IMG/VR virus record: IMGVR_UViG_3300037507_002397
Location: 1 to 53,288 of that record
From: a virus
Lineage: Duplodnaviria; Caudoviricetes
DNA length: 53,288 nt
Direction: 5' to 3' (one strand)
The notes under the pieces were generated by a model. That model was not told where the DNA came from. It searched no databases and saw only the letters and a program-made list of their open reading frames with translations. Position 1 is the stretch's first letter. Each line of letters begins with the position of its first letter. Below, piece by piece: positions 1 through 10,061 of the stretch. A program made the translations under genes and the position numbers.

Positions 1-804
1 CCGTGTCTCCAAAGCTCACCTTGAAGCTGCCCTCGACGATATTTCCCATCGTCACCATAGCCACAGGGCTGCGGGGCCGCTCGTATCGCACGCGAACGAT
101 ACCGCCCTCGATCATGGGCATCGCGCGCGCGGTCTGGCAGACGGACACCAGTGCGTCCCATGCGTTCGTGAACGTGTCGAAAACGCCGTTATAGGTGAAG
201 CGCGGCTCGACTAGGTACGCGGTTCCACTAAGGGCAGGCGTGACGACAGTATCCCAGAACTGGTTATCGGCCCACGGCGCCGTTCCGTAGGTATAGTTCA
301 GCAGAACCTTCCAGCCCGCTCCCGTGTTTGTTTTGGACACGATCTCGAAGCCCGAGATGTTAGCGTCGCTGATGTCAACCGAGAGGCCGGTGCCGGACTG
401 AGGAATGCCAGAAAATGCGATCCAGCGGCCTGGAGTCCAGTATGCAGGCGGCTCGGTGGCGGCCGCAGTTGATGCGTTATACCTGAAGTGAACCTCCAGT
501 CCGGGTGAACCGTCGTTGATCGCGCTTCCGTAAGAAAGATTGGCAATCGGATCTGGGTCCCCCAGAGTTTCGTCCATCGCCTGATCGTCGAAGCTGCGGC
601 CTGCCGGGACAAGTTCATCGCAGTAGTCGGCCCACGCCTTGAAGTCCTCGAGGTTGCAGCGCGAAAGCGGGAAGTCAATACCGCGGCCGTAGCGAGGATT
701 CGAGATCACGTCGAGCGCGATCCAAGCCGGGTTCTGCGACCACTGGTAGGTCACGCTGGTTCCGTCGTACACGGGCACGGGCACTCCCTTGACCAGCGCG
801 GTGA
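1..804. repeat. Imperfect terminal direct repeat, copy 1 (matches 52485-53288)
   Basis: Ungapped alignment at offset 52484; 41 mismatches counted by hand in 23-614; 615-804 identical. Indicates a circular or permuted genome of about 52,484 bp. Confidence 0.97.
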
Positions 805-2920
805 TCGTCGGCGCGCTCGTATTGAGCTGCTCCGTTGCCTTGATCTTCATGCCCAGGATGGGCGTGTACGGGTACGCCAGCAGCGCGCTGTCCTTGGAGA
901 TAAGCTGCGAGAATACCGACTCGTCGGAGACGAAGTTGCTCGTGCTCTTGACGTTTCGCCGAAGCATCTCCACTCGATACTTGCCACGCTTTATTGTGTT
1001 GGATGATGTGGCGTAAACCTTGCCCGTCAGAACACCAACGCTAGAGCCGGAGACTCCCAATGAGTTGTTGCGTCCACTTGAGTCTGTCAATCCTGCACCG
1101 ATTGCAGAGTCAAAGTGATACAGGCAATACTGATCTACAGCGGGCTGAATAAAGAGACCATATCCTCCGCCATAGTGCTGAGCTATTTCAGACGAAGGAA
1201 GCAAGCGTGCAAGATAGACAAATTCATCCACAGTAAATTCGTCCATGTTGTTATTGTTGCCAAACTGGATGCGAGCCGCAGGGACAACAATGTTTACTGA
1301 TCCTTCGGTGAATCCATTAGATTTTACTTGGATGCCGTTTCTGTAAAACCTGATTCTGCTCTTGTTATCGAAATCTGTTCTCACGTAGCTGACGGCCACG
1401 TGCATCCATTCATCATAGACTCCAGAGGTAGGTGAAGTCGTAATGCCTAGAATGTAGGTCCCAATTTGTGTAGACAGAGTGACGCTCTCGCTCCAAGCAC
1501 CTCCCCCGTTGTATCCGCGAAAAACAAACTGGAGGCGATCGTAATAGCCAGTTCCTTGAATCTCTAGGCTGCGGTTCATCTCCAATATCCAGCCTGCACC
1601 CGTGGTCTGGTGCATGATACGGCGCGGGTTTGTGCCGTCGTTTGCCCACGGGATCTTTAGCCAGAATGAAACCGTCAGTTCAGTAGTGTTTGTTCCGGCG
1701 ACAATAGACCCGGGGAGGTTGGCGGGATTGGTTGTTGATCTCACATAAACCGTAGTAGCGGCTGTGTCCGGACTATTCAGAGCTTGTCCTAGAGTCGGAG
1801 CTACATAGGTTTGTGGATCTAAGAATAGACCGCTTGCTTGGTAGTTGTAGCTTTCCTGAATGGCGACGCTAACGTCATTTGTTGCAGTAAGCGGCCAGTA
1901 GACATAGCCATCGTTGTTGTCCCCGCCGCTTGTTATGGGAGATCCACCTGAGTCAAGCTCGATGTAACGAATTTGCGGCTTGAAGGCTGCGGTGACTACA
2001 GATCCGCTGTTGGTTATTGTGTAGAGGCCGGATGGAAAGTCTACAAGGCAGGACCAAGCATCCGCTTCTGCGGTCATGTCGATTGCTTTGCCGTAGCTAC
2101 TCCATACCGCAGCATTAGCCGTAGAATTGTATGGGTTTGCCGCAAGAGTAGCATTTATCTGGCTGTTGTCCGGAGAAGCAGTCTCAACTTGACCAAGTGT
2201 TAGGCCGACAGCGTATTCAGTGGATATCTGCTGAAAGCCAGGAATCGGTAGCTGCTCACTCGTCCCCATCCTAACCCATGCTTCGACGCCTCCGAAGTTG
2301 TCCGCGGTATTGCCTTCAATCTGAATACCAGTCGGAAGAGCGTTGGACGGATCATCAGACGAATGCGGAGAGCCGCTGTCCGTATCTTCGGTCTTGTCAC
2401 CGATGGCTGAAATCGGACCCTCTCCAAAGCCAAGAAGCGTATAGAGATCGTTCTCCCCTGTGTTTGTGCTGCTGGTTATGTACTCGTCTAGGACTTGCGG
2501 AGCGACGCGGATCTTGCCGTAGATTACCTGCTTAGGTTGACCCTCGAAGCGGTCATTACGCAATCCTGCCCATGCGTAAGTTCCCGAGCCTTCGTTTTCG
2601 TTTCGATTTTTGGGCTTGAGAAACTTTGCCAGCAGCTTGCCAATGACGAAGGATACAAGCGCGCCAGCAGCGACGGTCAACACAAAGTTTAGCACCGCGA
2701 CGGCAGGACCTTGAGGCCGCGTTGTCTCAAGGATCTCGTCACCATCCTCAAGGATTCTTTCCCAGTCATGAGTCGGCTCGCGGTTGACCGCAACCCATAG
2801 ACCGACGCGCTCCGTGTCGGTGATGCAATCACGCAGCCGCAGCCCGTCGACGTACTCGCGGTACTCGCGCTGCTCGTTTTGTGTACTGAACCAGATCGGA
2901 GTCCTGCGGATTGTAATCAT
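1..2920 (-). CDS. N-terminal part of tail tip/host-specificity protein (lambda gpI-like N-terminus fused to gpJ-like); continues across the contig end into 50452-53268; about 1650 aa in total
   Basis: ATG at 2920 overlaps the stop of the NlpC/P60 gene (MITIRRTPIWFSTQNE...GTYAWAGLRNDRFEGQPKQVIYGKIRVAP). In frame with ORF 50452..53268 through the terminal repeat (2920-784=2136 nt). Missing from the ORF track because it runs off the window; frame only spot-checked for stops. Contains LamG-like motifs (EWMHVAVSY, FYRNG, VDEFVYLARLLPSSEIAQHY). Confidence 0.88.
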   Translation of the reverse strand, partial: MITIRRTPIWFSTQNEQREYREYVDGLRLRDCITDTERVGLWVAVNREPTHDWERILEDGDEILETTRPQGPAVAVLNFVLTVAAGALVSFVIGKLLAKFLKPKNRNENEGSGTYAWAGLRNDRFEGQPKQVIYGKIRVAPQVLDEYITSSTNTGENDLYTLLGFGEGPISAIGDKTEDTDSGSPHSSDDPSNALPTGIQIEGNTADNFGGVEAWVRMGTSEQLPIPGFQQISTEYAVGLTLGQVETASPDNSQINATLAANPYNSTANAAVWSSYGKAIDMTAEADAWSCLVDFPSGLYTITNSGSVVTAAFKPQIRYIELDSGGSPITSGGDNNDGYVYWPLTATNDVSVAIQESYNYQASGLFLDPQTYVAPTLGQALNSPDTAATTVYVRSTTNPANLPGSIVAGTNTTELTVSFWLKIPWANDGTNPRRIMHQTTGAGWILEMNRSLEIQGTGYYDRLQFVFRGYNGGGAWSESVTLSTQIGTYILGITTSPTSGVYDEWMHVAVSYVRTDFDNKSRIRFYRNGIQVKSNGFTEGSVNIVVPAARIQFGNNNNMDEFTVDEFVYLARLLPSSEIAQHYGGGYGLFIQPAVDQYCLYHFDSAIGAGLTDSSGRNNSLGVSGSSVGVLTGKVYATSSNTIKRGKYRVEMLRRNVKSTSNFVSDESVFSQLISKDSALLAYPYTPILGMKIKATEQLNTSAPTITALVKGVPVPVYDGTSVTYQWSQNPAWIALDVISNPRYGRGIDFPLSRCNLEDFKAWADYCDELVPAGRSFDDQAMDETLGDPDPIANLSYGSAINDGSPGLEVHFRYNASTAAATEPPAYWTPGRWIAFSGIPQSGTGLSVDISDANISGFEIVSKTNTGAGWKVLLNYTYGTAPWADNQFWDTVVTPALSGTAYLVEPRFTYNGVFDTFTNAWDALVSVCQTARAMPMIEGGIVRVRYERPRSPVAMVTMGNIVEGSFKVSFGDT

Positions 2921-3297
2921 GCGCCCTTGTACCTAAAGCAATAGGCTACACGACCGATGTTGCCTTGAAAGACGAGGTGGGTTCCGCGCAGACGGTTCGC
3001 CGTGAAAAAGTACCTGCCCACCGGATCGACCAGCACGGCGACCCACGGCTCAGGCTGATCGCCCACCACTACATCGCCCAGTCGGCTGGCGTTCTCGATC
3101 GGCTGCCAGTGACCATCCTTAGCGTCCAGAAGATAAAGGGCTGCGGCCTTGTCGAGCGGGAAAGCGGAATCCGGCATCTCGAGGAAGACTCGTGAGAGTG
3201 CCTGCCGAGCAGCCCAGAGGCAATCCACGCCGCTGTACGGATCCACGCCGCCGGCGCGATAGGGGAGACCGACTAGATCGAGCATCGACACCCTCAC
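2917..3297 (-). CDS. NlpC/P60-family tail assembly protein (lambda gpK-like)
   Basis: DLVGLPYRAGG..GVDC motif; lies between L-like and I/J-like genes. Confidence 0.8.
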   Translation of the reverse strand: MRVSMLDLVGLPYRAGGVDPYSGVDCLWAARQALSRVFLEMPDSAFPLDKAAALYLLDAKDGHWQPIENASRLGDVVVGDQPEPWVAVLVDPVGRYFFTANRLRGTHLVFQGNIGRVAYCFRYKGA

Positions 3298-3986
3298 TGG
3301 TTTCCCCTTTGAATTCCCGGGTAACCGCCGAAGCGCAAAGGATGTTGCGAGGTCAGGCTGCGGGCGGTTTCATCATCGCCGCGTTCTTCGCAGGCGGTAA
3401 GCGTGCGCGGGCAGAAAGTGAAGCCGCCGCCGACCGTGTTCGTGCCGCCGGTCACGATCTTGTATCCGCACTCGGCCGTGCCGAAGCGCCACTGGCAGTG
3501 GTTCGCTACCCAGCGGTTCCTCGGGAACGGTGCTTGCTGAAGATTGCGCGTGCCAAAAGTGAACGACGCTACGCGGTCATCCACCACGCAGCTCGTGATC
3601 TGGCCGACGAATTTGTACTCCGCGCCCGGATCCTCGAGCGCGTCCGCGCGCACCCAGCGCACCACAATCTCCTGGCCGACGAGACCCTTATAGGTATGCA
3701 GGGTAGTCATCAGCTCAAGGCTGACGTTGGCGACGTTGATGGTGCTTGTGGGCAGGTCGCCGCTCTGGCTTTGCCGATGGTCTCCAAACGCGATCGGGAA
3801 CGGATAGTAGACGAGAGGGTCGCCGGCCGTGCTTGTGCCCCGCTCGACCTGCGCGTGGTAGTTCGTCGCGCGAAAACGTGTCGGAGGGTCGGATGGTATT
3901 TTCACCGACACTAGCCAGATAAAAGGCGCGGAGTTTTCGAGCTGGTTCTTCGCTGAGTCAATGATTGTCGTCTGAAAGTTCTTCAT
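3294..3986 (-). CDS. Tail tip protein, lambda gpL-like
   Basis: Four C-terminal Cys (NHCQW...ECGY...CPRTLTAC) and terminal RFGGYPGI; gene order. Confidence 0.88.
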   Translation of the reverse strand: MKNFQTTIIDSAKNQLENSAPFIWLVSVKIPSDPPTRFRATNYHAQVERGTSTAGDPLVYYPFPIAFGDHRQSQSGDLPTSTINVANVSLELMTTLHTYKGLVGQEIVVRWVRADALEDPGAEYKFVGQITSCVVDDRVASFTFGTRNLQQAPFPRNRWVANHCQWRFGTAECGYKIVTGGTNTVGGGFTFCPRTLTACEERGDDETARSLTSQHPLRFGGYPGIQRGNQ

Positions 3987-6268
3987 CAGCAGAAGACCTC
4001 CTCAAGGTCGAAGCTGAACTGGCGCACGCTCGGGTTGGCAAGCACGACACCAAGCTCGTCCGTGGCAAAGCGCACTGAGACTGTCTCGCCCGTTTCCGGG
4101 TCGGCCCAGTCAAACGGGATCTCGGCCCCCTTGCGCGATGTCCAGAAAGCAAGCAGTGTCGTGCGCTCCGCATCCGTGCAGGCGTTCGCCGAGATACTCC
4201 AGCGCCGGCGCGGGCGCGTATGCCGCGCGCTCCTAGCGACGTACGCAGCCTCGTAGCGGTGCTCGAGTGCCGACCACTGCGATGACTCTCGAACGCCCCA
4301 GTCATAGGGAACGGTTAGAGTGCCCGTCTTTCCAGTGCATTCGGACGTCAGAGCGATAGAAGGCATATCCTCTTCAAGAATTGCCGGGTTTGTCGGATCG
4401 GTTGGATCTCCCGGGTCGGGCGCTACCCATAGGTCATTCCAGTAGTCAAGCAGTATTCGTTTACCGCTAGCACCCGTGCTTGCTTGGGGTATGTATCCTT
4501 CAACGACGCCAGATAGTGTCCTGGTAGACCTCGTATCAAGCAGATCAAGACCGTCGAATATGACGCCCTCTGGCACCGTAAACCCTGATGTCGCTGGAGT
4601 AAAATCTAGCTGGGTCGCGTTTTGATAGCCTCGTATCCTTACGTTTCCAGTTGCCGGCGTCTGTCCGATATTTTCTATGGCAAGCCGTGGTATCAGTGAC
4701 GTTGTGTTTCCGAAGGTAACGCCCCAACTTGCCAAAGACTGAAGCACTGTCCGAGCTAAGACCGTTGGAGAGGTTGGCGAGGCATAGTGCAAAATCTCAA
4801 AGCGATAATTTCCGCTGCTCTCAATAAACCGCAAAGCATATGCCTTGTTGAAGTGGTAGAGCGGAAGATTGGCACCTGCCGAGACGGGGTTGCCCCTAGC
4901 AAAAATAGCGATGTATCCGTTACTCGGCCATGTTCCGGTCGTCGTTACGACAAGACCCATGCTGCGATCGGATCCGTAGGGACTTTCGGACGGCTTGTTG
5001 TAAGCCATGCCATAAGTGTATGCGTAGACAGACACGTTCTCCGTGTACGGTGGACCACCTACGCTGCTTTTGAGGTCTCGCAGAGTTGCGTCAGGAGTTG
5101 TTGTTTGACCTCCATATAATGAGTTGTCACCAATCCAAAGAGACTGGAGTGATCGCCCGTTGACTTCATTGATGTCTTCCCAGCGCGACGACGGACTTCC
5201 GCCTGTATATAGGAGTCCTGGCACAGCACGCTCAAACTCATCTCTGAAAAGTATGTTTGAGCTAGTGTCCAAAATTTCGAAAGCGTGGCATATGTGAACG
5301 CTTCGGCTGGTCACATAGCCAGTGGGCGGATTGTTTCCAGTGGTATCGGGACCACCCATCAGAAACCCACAATACCCTTGGGTTGCGAGCTTCAGCGAAG
5401 GTGCACTGTCGGTATAGGTGAGAACAGTTGTATCTCCACTCCATGATCCGGCTGTGCCTCCAGCTCCCGGAATCCATCGCGCTACCTTGCACGTCAAGAC
5501 TGGATTCAGGCCAGAGTTCACTGCGGATATTGAAAGCCTTATGGGTCGCTGGAATCCTTGCGGGTCAAAGATAGAGCTGCTACCGGATGTCCAGTCGTTG
5601 ATCGTTTGCGCTGTCCCTGTTGCTAGAACGGCAACCGAACCTGGAAAGCCAGGACCCTGTGATACTTGGTTCCATCTGACCAAGAAGTAATTTACGACTT
5701 GACATGTAGTATCTGCTGATAGGAGAAAAGCATAGGCATCACATTGCTCCATGCCATCAGTACCAGCTGTCCACTGGTTCGACAACTGAGGAGATGCCAC
5801 GTTGTTCCGTATGACAACTCCAAATGTTTTGAAGCTCTGAGGGTTGATACCACCGCTCAGAGCTTTGATGCTAAAGACCGCTCTGGCTGTCCCATCAAGG
5901 ACAACTTGTTTGCCCCAGACGGCCATGAAGGCTTCCCAGTTACAGGATGCAAGCGGAGCAAAATTGTCTTGATTGGATCCAGAAAACGCTGCGACTCTTT
6001 TTCTTTTGGCGATCGGATTGTCCGCACTTACGGGTGTTAGCTGCGAATATCCGTCATGTAGCTCTCCAAATCCTCTTGATAGTTTGTATGTGTAACCTCC
6101 GAGAGAATATGGAGTACCTGTATCGGTTAGTGTTCCAGACCGCACACGTCCATAGCCGCTGTGTACGGAAAAAACTCCCGAGGTCAAAAAAGAATACGGG
6201 ATGTAGACAAACCCAAGCCCGCCTGAACCCCAGTTGAAATCGTCACTGCGCGGAAAGACCTGCACCAC
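3986..6268 (-). CDS. Distal tail protein (gpM/DUF2460-like C-terminal domain) with an N-terminal extension of about 640 aa
   Basis: Last ~110 aa (RPRRRWSIS...LLAFWTSRKGAEIPFDWADP...VRF...FDLEEVF) match the gpM pattern; directly after the tape measure gene. Confidence 0.75.
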   Translation of the reverse strand: MVQVFPRSDDFNWGSGGLGFVYIPYSFLTSGVFSVHSGYGRVRSGTLTDTGTPYSLGGYTYKLSRGFGELHDGYSQLTPVSADNPIAKRKRVAAFSGSNQDNFAPLASCNWEAFMAVWGKQVVLDGTARAVFSIKALSGGINPQSFKTFGVVIRNNVASPQLSNQWTAGTDGMEQCDAYAFLLSADTTCQVVNYFLVRWNQVSQGPGFPGSVAVLATGTAQTINDWTSGSSSIFDPQGFQRPIRLSISAVNSGLNPVLTCKVARWIPGAGGTAGSWSGDTTVLTYTDSAPSLKLATQGYCGFLMGGPDTTGNNPPTGYVTSRSVHICHAFEILDTSSNILFRDEFERAVPGLLYTGGSPSSRWEDINEVNGRSLQSLWIGDNSLYGGQTTTPDATLRDLKSSVGGPPYTENVSVYAYTYGMAYNKPSESPYGSDRSMGLVVTTTGTWPSNGYIAIFARGNPVSAGANLPLYHFNKAYALRFIESSGNYRFEILHYASPTSPTVLARTVLQSLASWGVTFGNTTSLIPRLAIENIGQTPATGNVRIRGYQNATQLDFTPATSGFTVPEGVIFDGLDLLDTRSTRTLSGVVEGYIPQASTGASGKRILLDYWNDLWVAPDPGDPTDPTNPAILEEDMPSIALTSECTGKTGTLTVPYDWGVRESSQWSALEHRYEAAYVARSARHTRPRRRWSISANACTDAERTTLLAFWTSRKGAEIPFDWADPETGETVSVRFATDELGVVLANPSVRQFSFDLEEVFC

Positions 6269-9200
6269 TACCTAACCGCTCCTCTCACGGCGCCGAGTAG
6301 TGCGCGATCCCTCCCGGCGCTGATAGCCTGAGTGATCGCCGCCTGAATCTGCGGCATCTGTGCAAGCACGACATCGGCGGCCGTGCGCGGATCGAGGCTC
6401 CCGACGTTGAGGGTCAGGTTGACCGACTGCTGGACGGTTGTGCCGGCCTCCTGCGCGGGACGCTGTCCGCGCTTGAACTCCACTGGGATGCCGCGGTTGG
6501 GACCAGGCAGAGGAACGAATGCCTCGGCCCCCCCGCCCTCACCAAACACAGCGACCTGCGGCCGAGTGGCGACTCCGCCCATAGCGTACGAACGTACAGG
6601 AGATCCAGCCTTGAGAGCTGATCCCACTTGACGCCAGCGGCTCGCTTCCTCATTTCCCATCACTTGAGCCGCTTTCATCCGACCGGGAACGACGCCGCCC
6701 ATAGCCAGACCAAGTGGCGCGCCGTCAACACCGGGACCAATACCACCGCCACCACCTGAAGCAGCTCCACCGCTGAAGATGTTTAGAAATGCGCTCGCGG
6801 CTTTGAGTGCAAAAAGCCTGGCGATAGCCTGCTGGATCACTTGAACAATGGTTTGTCCAAAGTCACGAAGGCTTGCTTTTCCTTCTGCGATGTTATTGAA
6901 GAGACCTTCGAAAGCGTTTGAGAGCCCACTTGTTAGATCCTGTGCAAAGCTCTGTGCTTGCTTTTGTACGTCACTAAGCTCTGCTCTCAGATCGTCAATG
7001 CTAGAGCTGAATGCCTCGGCAAAAGTTATCTGGCTCTCAAAGTCTTGACGGATAGCAAGAGCCGAATCCCTCAAGACAGCCAGTTGCCGGTTGTATTCAG
7101 CGACTGAAATTTCGCCAGAGCTAAATGCCTGCTCTAGCACCCGGAGCTGTTCTGAGAGTGGACCGAGGGCACCAGTTACAAGCCGCTGGATGTCCTCTTG
7201 TGCGATCGTTATCGCTGGCGTATAGGCCAGCCGGAGCAGATTCTGGCGAGCAGCGGATCGCTCATCGGCCAGCCTTTGCGCGTCGGCTAATAGCTGATCT
7301 TGCGCCTCTTGAAAGGCCCTCGCATCTAGCTTGAGTTGCGCCTCTGCATCCGCTTGGATTTTGAGGACTGCTGCACGCTCTGATCTGAGAGCTTCGGCCG
7401 CAAGCTGTTGCGAGATTTCCGAAAAGATTGCACGTTCAGCAGTTCCACGCTGTCCACCAGAAAGCTCCTCTCGCTTCTGCGTAAGGTTGTCCAAGGCGCG
7501 CGTGAGGTTTTCAATCGCAAGACCCTCGGCAGCATAGGTGGCGATCAGCGCCTCGACGTTTGCGATCTGCCGGTCAAGCGCGAGAGCTTCGCGGTCCTTG
7601 GCTGGCAAAGTACTCTCGAGTATTGCCTGCGCGTTTTGGGCAGCGGCCGCTGCCTTGCCAAGCTCGACTGCGTAGAGCGCAAGAGCCGGTATGACTACCT
7701 GCTGCGCCGCTGCCTGCCGATTTGCAGACCGTTCCGATGCGGCCGCGATGTCTTCAAAGACAAGGGCGATTCGGTCACCTTGCACCTTGAGCTGGCCGAC
7801 CTGTCCATCGAAAACGCCGCCGAGCTGCGCGAGCCTCTCATTTGCCTTAGCAACGGCCGCTCCGACTGACTCAGGCAGCTTGTTGATGGCTGGTAGGGCG
7901 CGCTCGATTGCGCTAGACAAGGCAGACGACAGCGCCGCCGTGTCGATCTTCTGCCCGGCGCGACTAGCTGAATCGCGGAAGTTCTCGAAGATCGTGCCGA
8001 GCTGACCCTCGAGCAGCTTGATATCCGCCTCGTTAAGCTGAAGCAGCTTAGCCAGCGGAGACCCGGCAAGTCCGACTTTGACATCTTCACCAAGTCCGAG
8101 TCTGCCGACCTGCGCCGTGATGCCTTGGACAACTGATCCAACGGCTGAGTCTACTGACTGCGCGAAGCTAGATAGGTCGGCAACGACACGGACAACGGCC
8201 TCGGGATCTTCAGCAGCGATCGCGGCTTCGACTTCGCGCACGAAAGTGGCGGCCTGCTGTGAAACGCCGCGCGCCTTGAAGAACTCTACCTCGATGCCGC
8301 TCTGGCTGACGCTTTGTAGGAGGGCCGCATATTCACCGCGCGCTTTGCTGATATCACCTGTTAGGCCAGCGAAGACAAGCGCCCATGCGTTCGAAGCCTC
8401 GTTGAATACGCTGACCGCGCTATTGCTGATCTCGTTGAACGTCTTTTTCCAGTACCCTGCGGTGTTCTCTGCCGCGCGCTGGTTTTGAGTGGCGAAGTCC
8501 TGCGCGGCCTGAGATGTCCGCTCGATCTCCTTGCGGAAGTCCGCGGCCGATCCTTGCACCGCAGCAAAGACACCTTGAAGCGTGCGAGCTCCGCCGGGGA
8601 AAAGCTGCGCGAGAAGTTCGGGCTGGTTCCGCGTCTTGTCTGCAATGTCGGCAAGGATCTGTGCGAAGCCTTCGCCGTCGCGGCTTGCCGTCTGGAAGTT
8701 GACCCCGATACCCTCGAGGGCTTTCCGGGTAGCGTTGCCCTGCTCGCTGAAAATCTGGAGCAGCCCACCAATGGCTCGAGTCGCATCGTTGAGGCCGACG
8801 CCTTGGTTTTTGATGCTGACAATCAGCGCCGAGACATCGGACAGGCTAAGTCCAAACTGCCGCGCGAGAGGGCCAGCCGCTTGCAGAGCGTTGGCAAACT
8901 GGTCAATCGGAACACCGGCCCTGTCCGCGCTGGTCGCAAGGATCGCCGTGACCTTGGACGCCTCCTGGATGCGGAGCTGGAAAGCTCCGAGCACCCCGTC
9001 GAGTGCTTGAACGGCGCTCGCCACCGGGCCGAAGCCAACCTTGGAAAGCAGGGTCGCCTGCTTCAATAGATCGTTGACCGCCTCCCGGCTGCGCGCGGTC
9101 GTGTTTTGGAATATCGACGACAAGCCTGCCGCGATTTCCTCGGCCGCCACATTGGTCTCGCTCGACAGCCGCAGCAGATCCTCACGGAAGCCCTGCAACG

Positions 9201-9678
9201 CGCCCGCGCCAACGCGCCCCAGCGCCGGCTTGAGTGCTTGGTCAATCTGCTTGCTCTTCTCGACGACAGCGCCGAGGGCTTCTGAAAGCCCCACAACGGC
9301 AGCCACCGTAGCTGCCAGCGGGCCGGCGGCGGTTGCGATGGCTTGCAGCGGGCCGACATTCAAGCCGAGATTTCTTGCGACATCGCCTGCCGCGCCGGCA
9401 AGCTCGCGCTGGTCTACGGATGCTTGTTTGGTGGCCTTGCTGAATCGTTCCGTTTCCTCGCGCGCCTTGCGCTGTGCCTGTGCTTCTCCAACAAGGGCGG
9501 CCGTAGTTTCTTTGAGTGCTCCGGAAACAGCCTGCTGCGATTCCTCGAGCGTTCTTGTGCGAGCGTTCGTTGCCTCGATTTCCCGGGCGAGCTTATCGAC
9601 CTGCACCTCGATGGCCTTGAGCGGCCCGGTCATCAGGTCTTGCAGCCGTGCGATGATTTCAAGGTTCTGGTCAGCCAT
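6268..9678 (-). CDS. Tail tape measure protein (TP901-like core)
   Basis: 1136 aa, Ala/Gln-rich and helical; C-terminal AMGG...FGEGG.AEAFVPL motif; follows the chaperone pair. Confidence 0.93.
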   Translation of the reverse strand: MADQNLEIIARLQDLMTGPLKAIEVQVDKLAREIEATNARTRTLEESQQAVSGALKETTAALVGEAQAQRKAREETERFSKATKQASVDQRELAGAAGDVARNLGLNVGPLQAIATAAGPLAATVAAVVGLSEALGAVVEKSKQIDQALKPALGRVGAGALQGFREDLLRLSSETNVAAEEIAAGLSSIFQNTTARSREAVNDLLKQATLLSKVGFGPVASAVQALDGVLGAFQLRIQEASKVTAILATSADRAGVPIDQFANALQAAGPLARQFGLSLSDVSALIVSIKNQGVGLNDATRAIGGLLQIFSEQGNATRKALEGIGVNFQTASRDGEGFAQILADIADKTRNQPELLAQLFPGGARTLQGVFAAVQGSAADFRKEIERTSQAAQDFATQNQRAAENTAGYWKKTFNEISNSAVSVFNEASNAWALVFAGLTGDISKARGEYAALLQSVSQSGIEVEFFKARGVSQQAATFVREVEAAIAAEDPEAVVRVVADLSSFAQSVDSAVGSVVQGITAQVGRLGLGEDVKVGLAGSPLAKLLQLNEADIKLLEGQLGTIFENFRDSASRAGQKIDTAALSSALSSAIERALPAINKLPESVGAAVAKANERLAQLGGVFDGQVGQLKVQGDRIALVFEDIAAASERSANRQAAAQQVVIPALALYAVELGKAAAAAQNAQAILESTLPAKDREALALDRQIANVEALIATYAAEGLAIENLTRALDNLTQKREELSGGQRGTAERAIFSEISQQLAAEALRSERAAVLKIQADAEAQLKLDARAFQEAQDQLLADAQRLADERSAARQNLLRLAYTPAITIAQEDIQRLVTGALGPLSEQLRVLEQAFSSGEISVAEYNRQLAVLRDSALAIRQDFESQITFAEAFSSSIDDLRAELSDVQKQAQSFAQDLTSGLSNAFEGLFNNIAEGKASLRDFGQTIVQVIQQAIARLFALKAASAFLNIFSGGAASGGGGGIGPGVDGAPLGLAMGGVVPGRMKAAQVMGNEEASRWRQVGSALKAGSPVRSYAMGGVATRPQVAVFGEGGGAEAFVPLPGPNRGIPVEFKRGQRPAQEAGTTVQQSVNLTLNVGSLDPRTAADVVLAQMPQIQAAITQAISAGRDRALLGAVRGAVR

Positions 9679-10061
9679 TAGCTCTTGCCCGCTTTCTCCG
9701 CGTTCGCACGCTCAATTTCAGCGCGCTCATGCAGCGCGATCTCGATCAGTCGCATGATACGCGATGGCTGGTCACCGTAGCCCCCTGCCGTGGGAAGGAA
9801 GCCAGCATCGACGGCGCAGGCAAGCCGTAGGATCTCGCTCGCAGCCGTACTGCTTTGGGACTTTGGGCAGCGGTAGTGCTGAACCTGTCCGCGGTTCTTG
9901 CATTCCTCGCAGCCGGAACCCATGCACTGCGAGCAGGTCGAGGTGAAGATCGGCCACCGCGTCGGCGCATCGCACCCCCACTGCTCGCGTAGCTTAGGCT
10001 CGCGGCATCGTGGGCATTTGGCGCTTTGCGTGCCCCAAGTCGCGTGCGCGGCGGCGATCAC
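9678..10061 (-). CDS. Tail assembly chaperone, T segment (probably made as a G-T fusion by -1 frameshift), with Cys-rich insert
   Basis: In the -1 frame relative to the upstream chaperone; LPTAGGYGDQP motif; CxxC motifs. Confidence 0.7.
   Translation of the reverse strand: MIAAAHATWGTQSAKCPRCREPKLREQWGCDAPTRWPIFTSTCSQCMGSGCEECKNRGQVQHYRCPKSQSSTAASEILRLACAVDAGFLPTAGGYGDQPSRIMRLIEIALHERAEIERANAEKAGKS

Noticed and set aside
1-804. Diversity-generating retroelement (TR/VR pair) suggested by two divergent copies in a tail gene
   Set aside because: Differences are mostly synonymous and not adenine-specific, the copies are the contig ends, and no reverse transcriptase is present.
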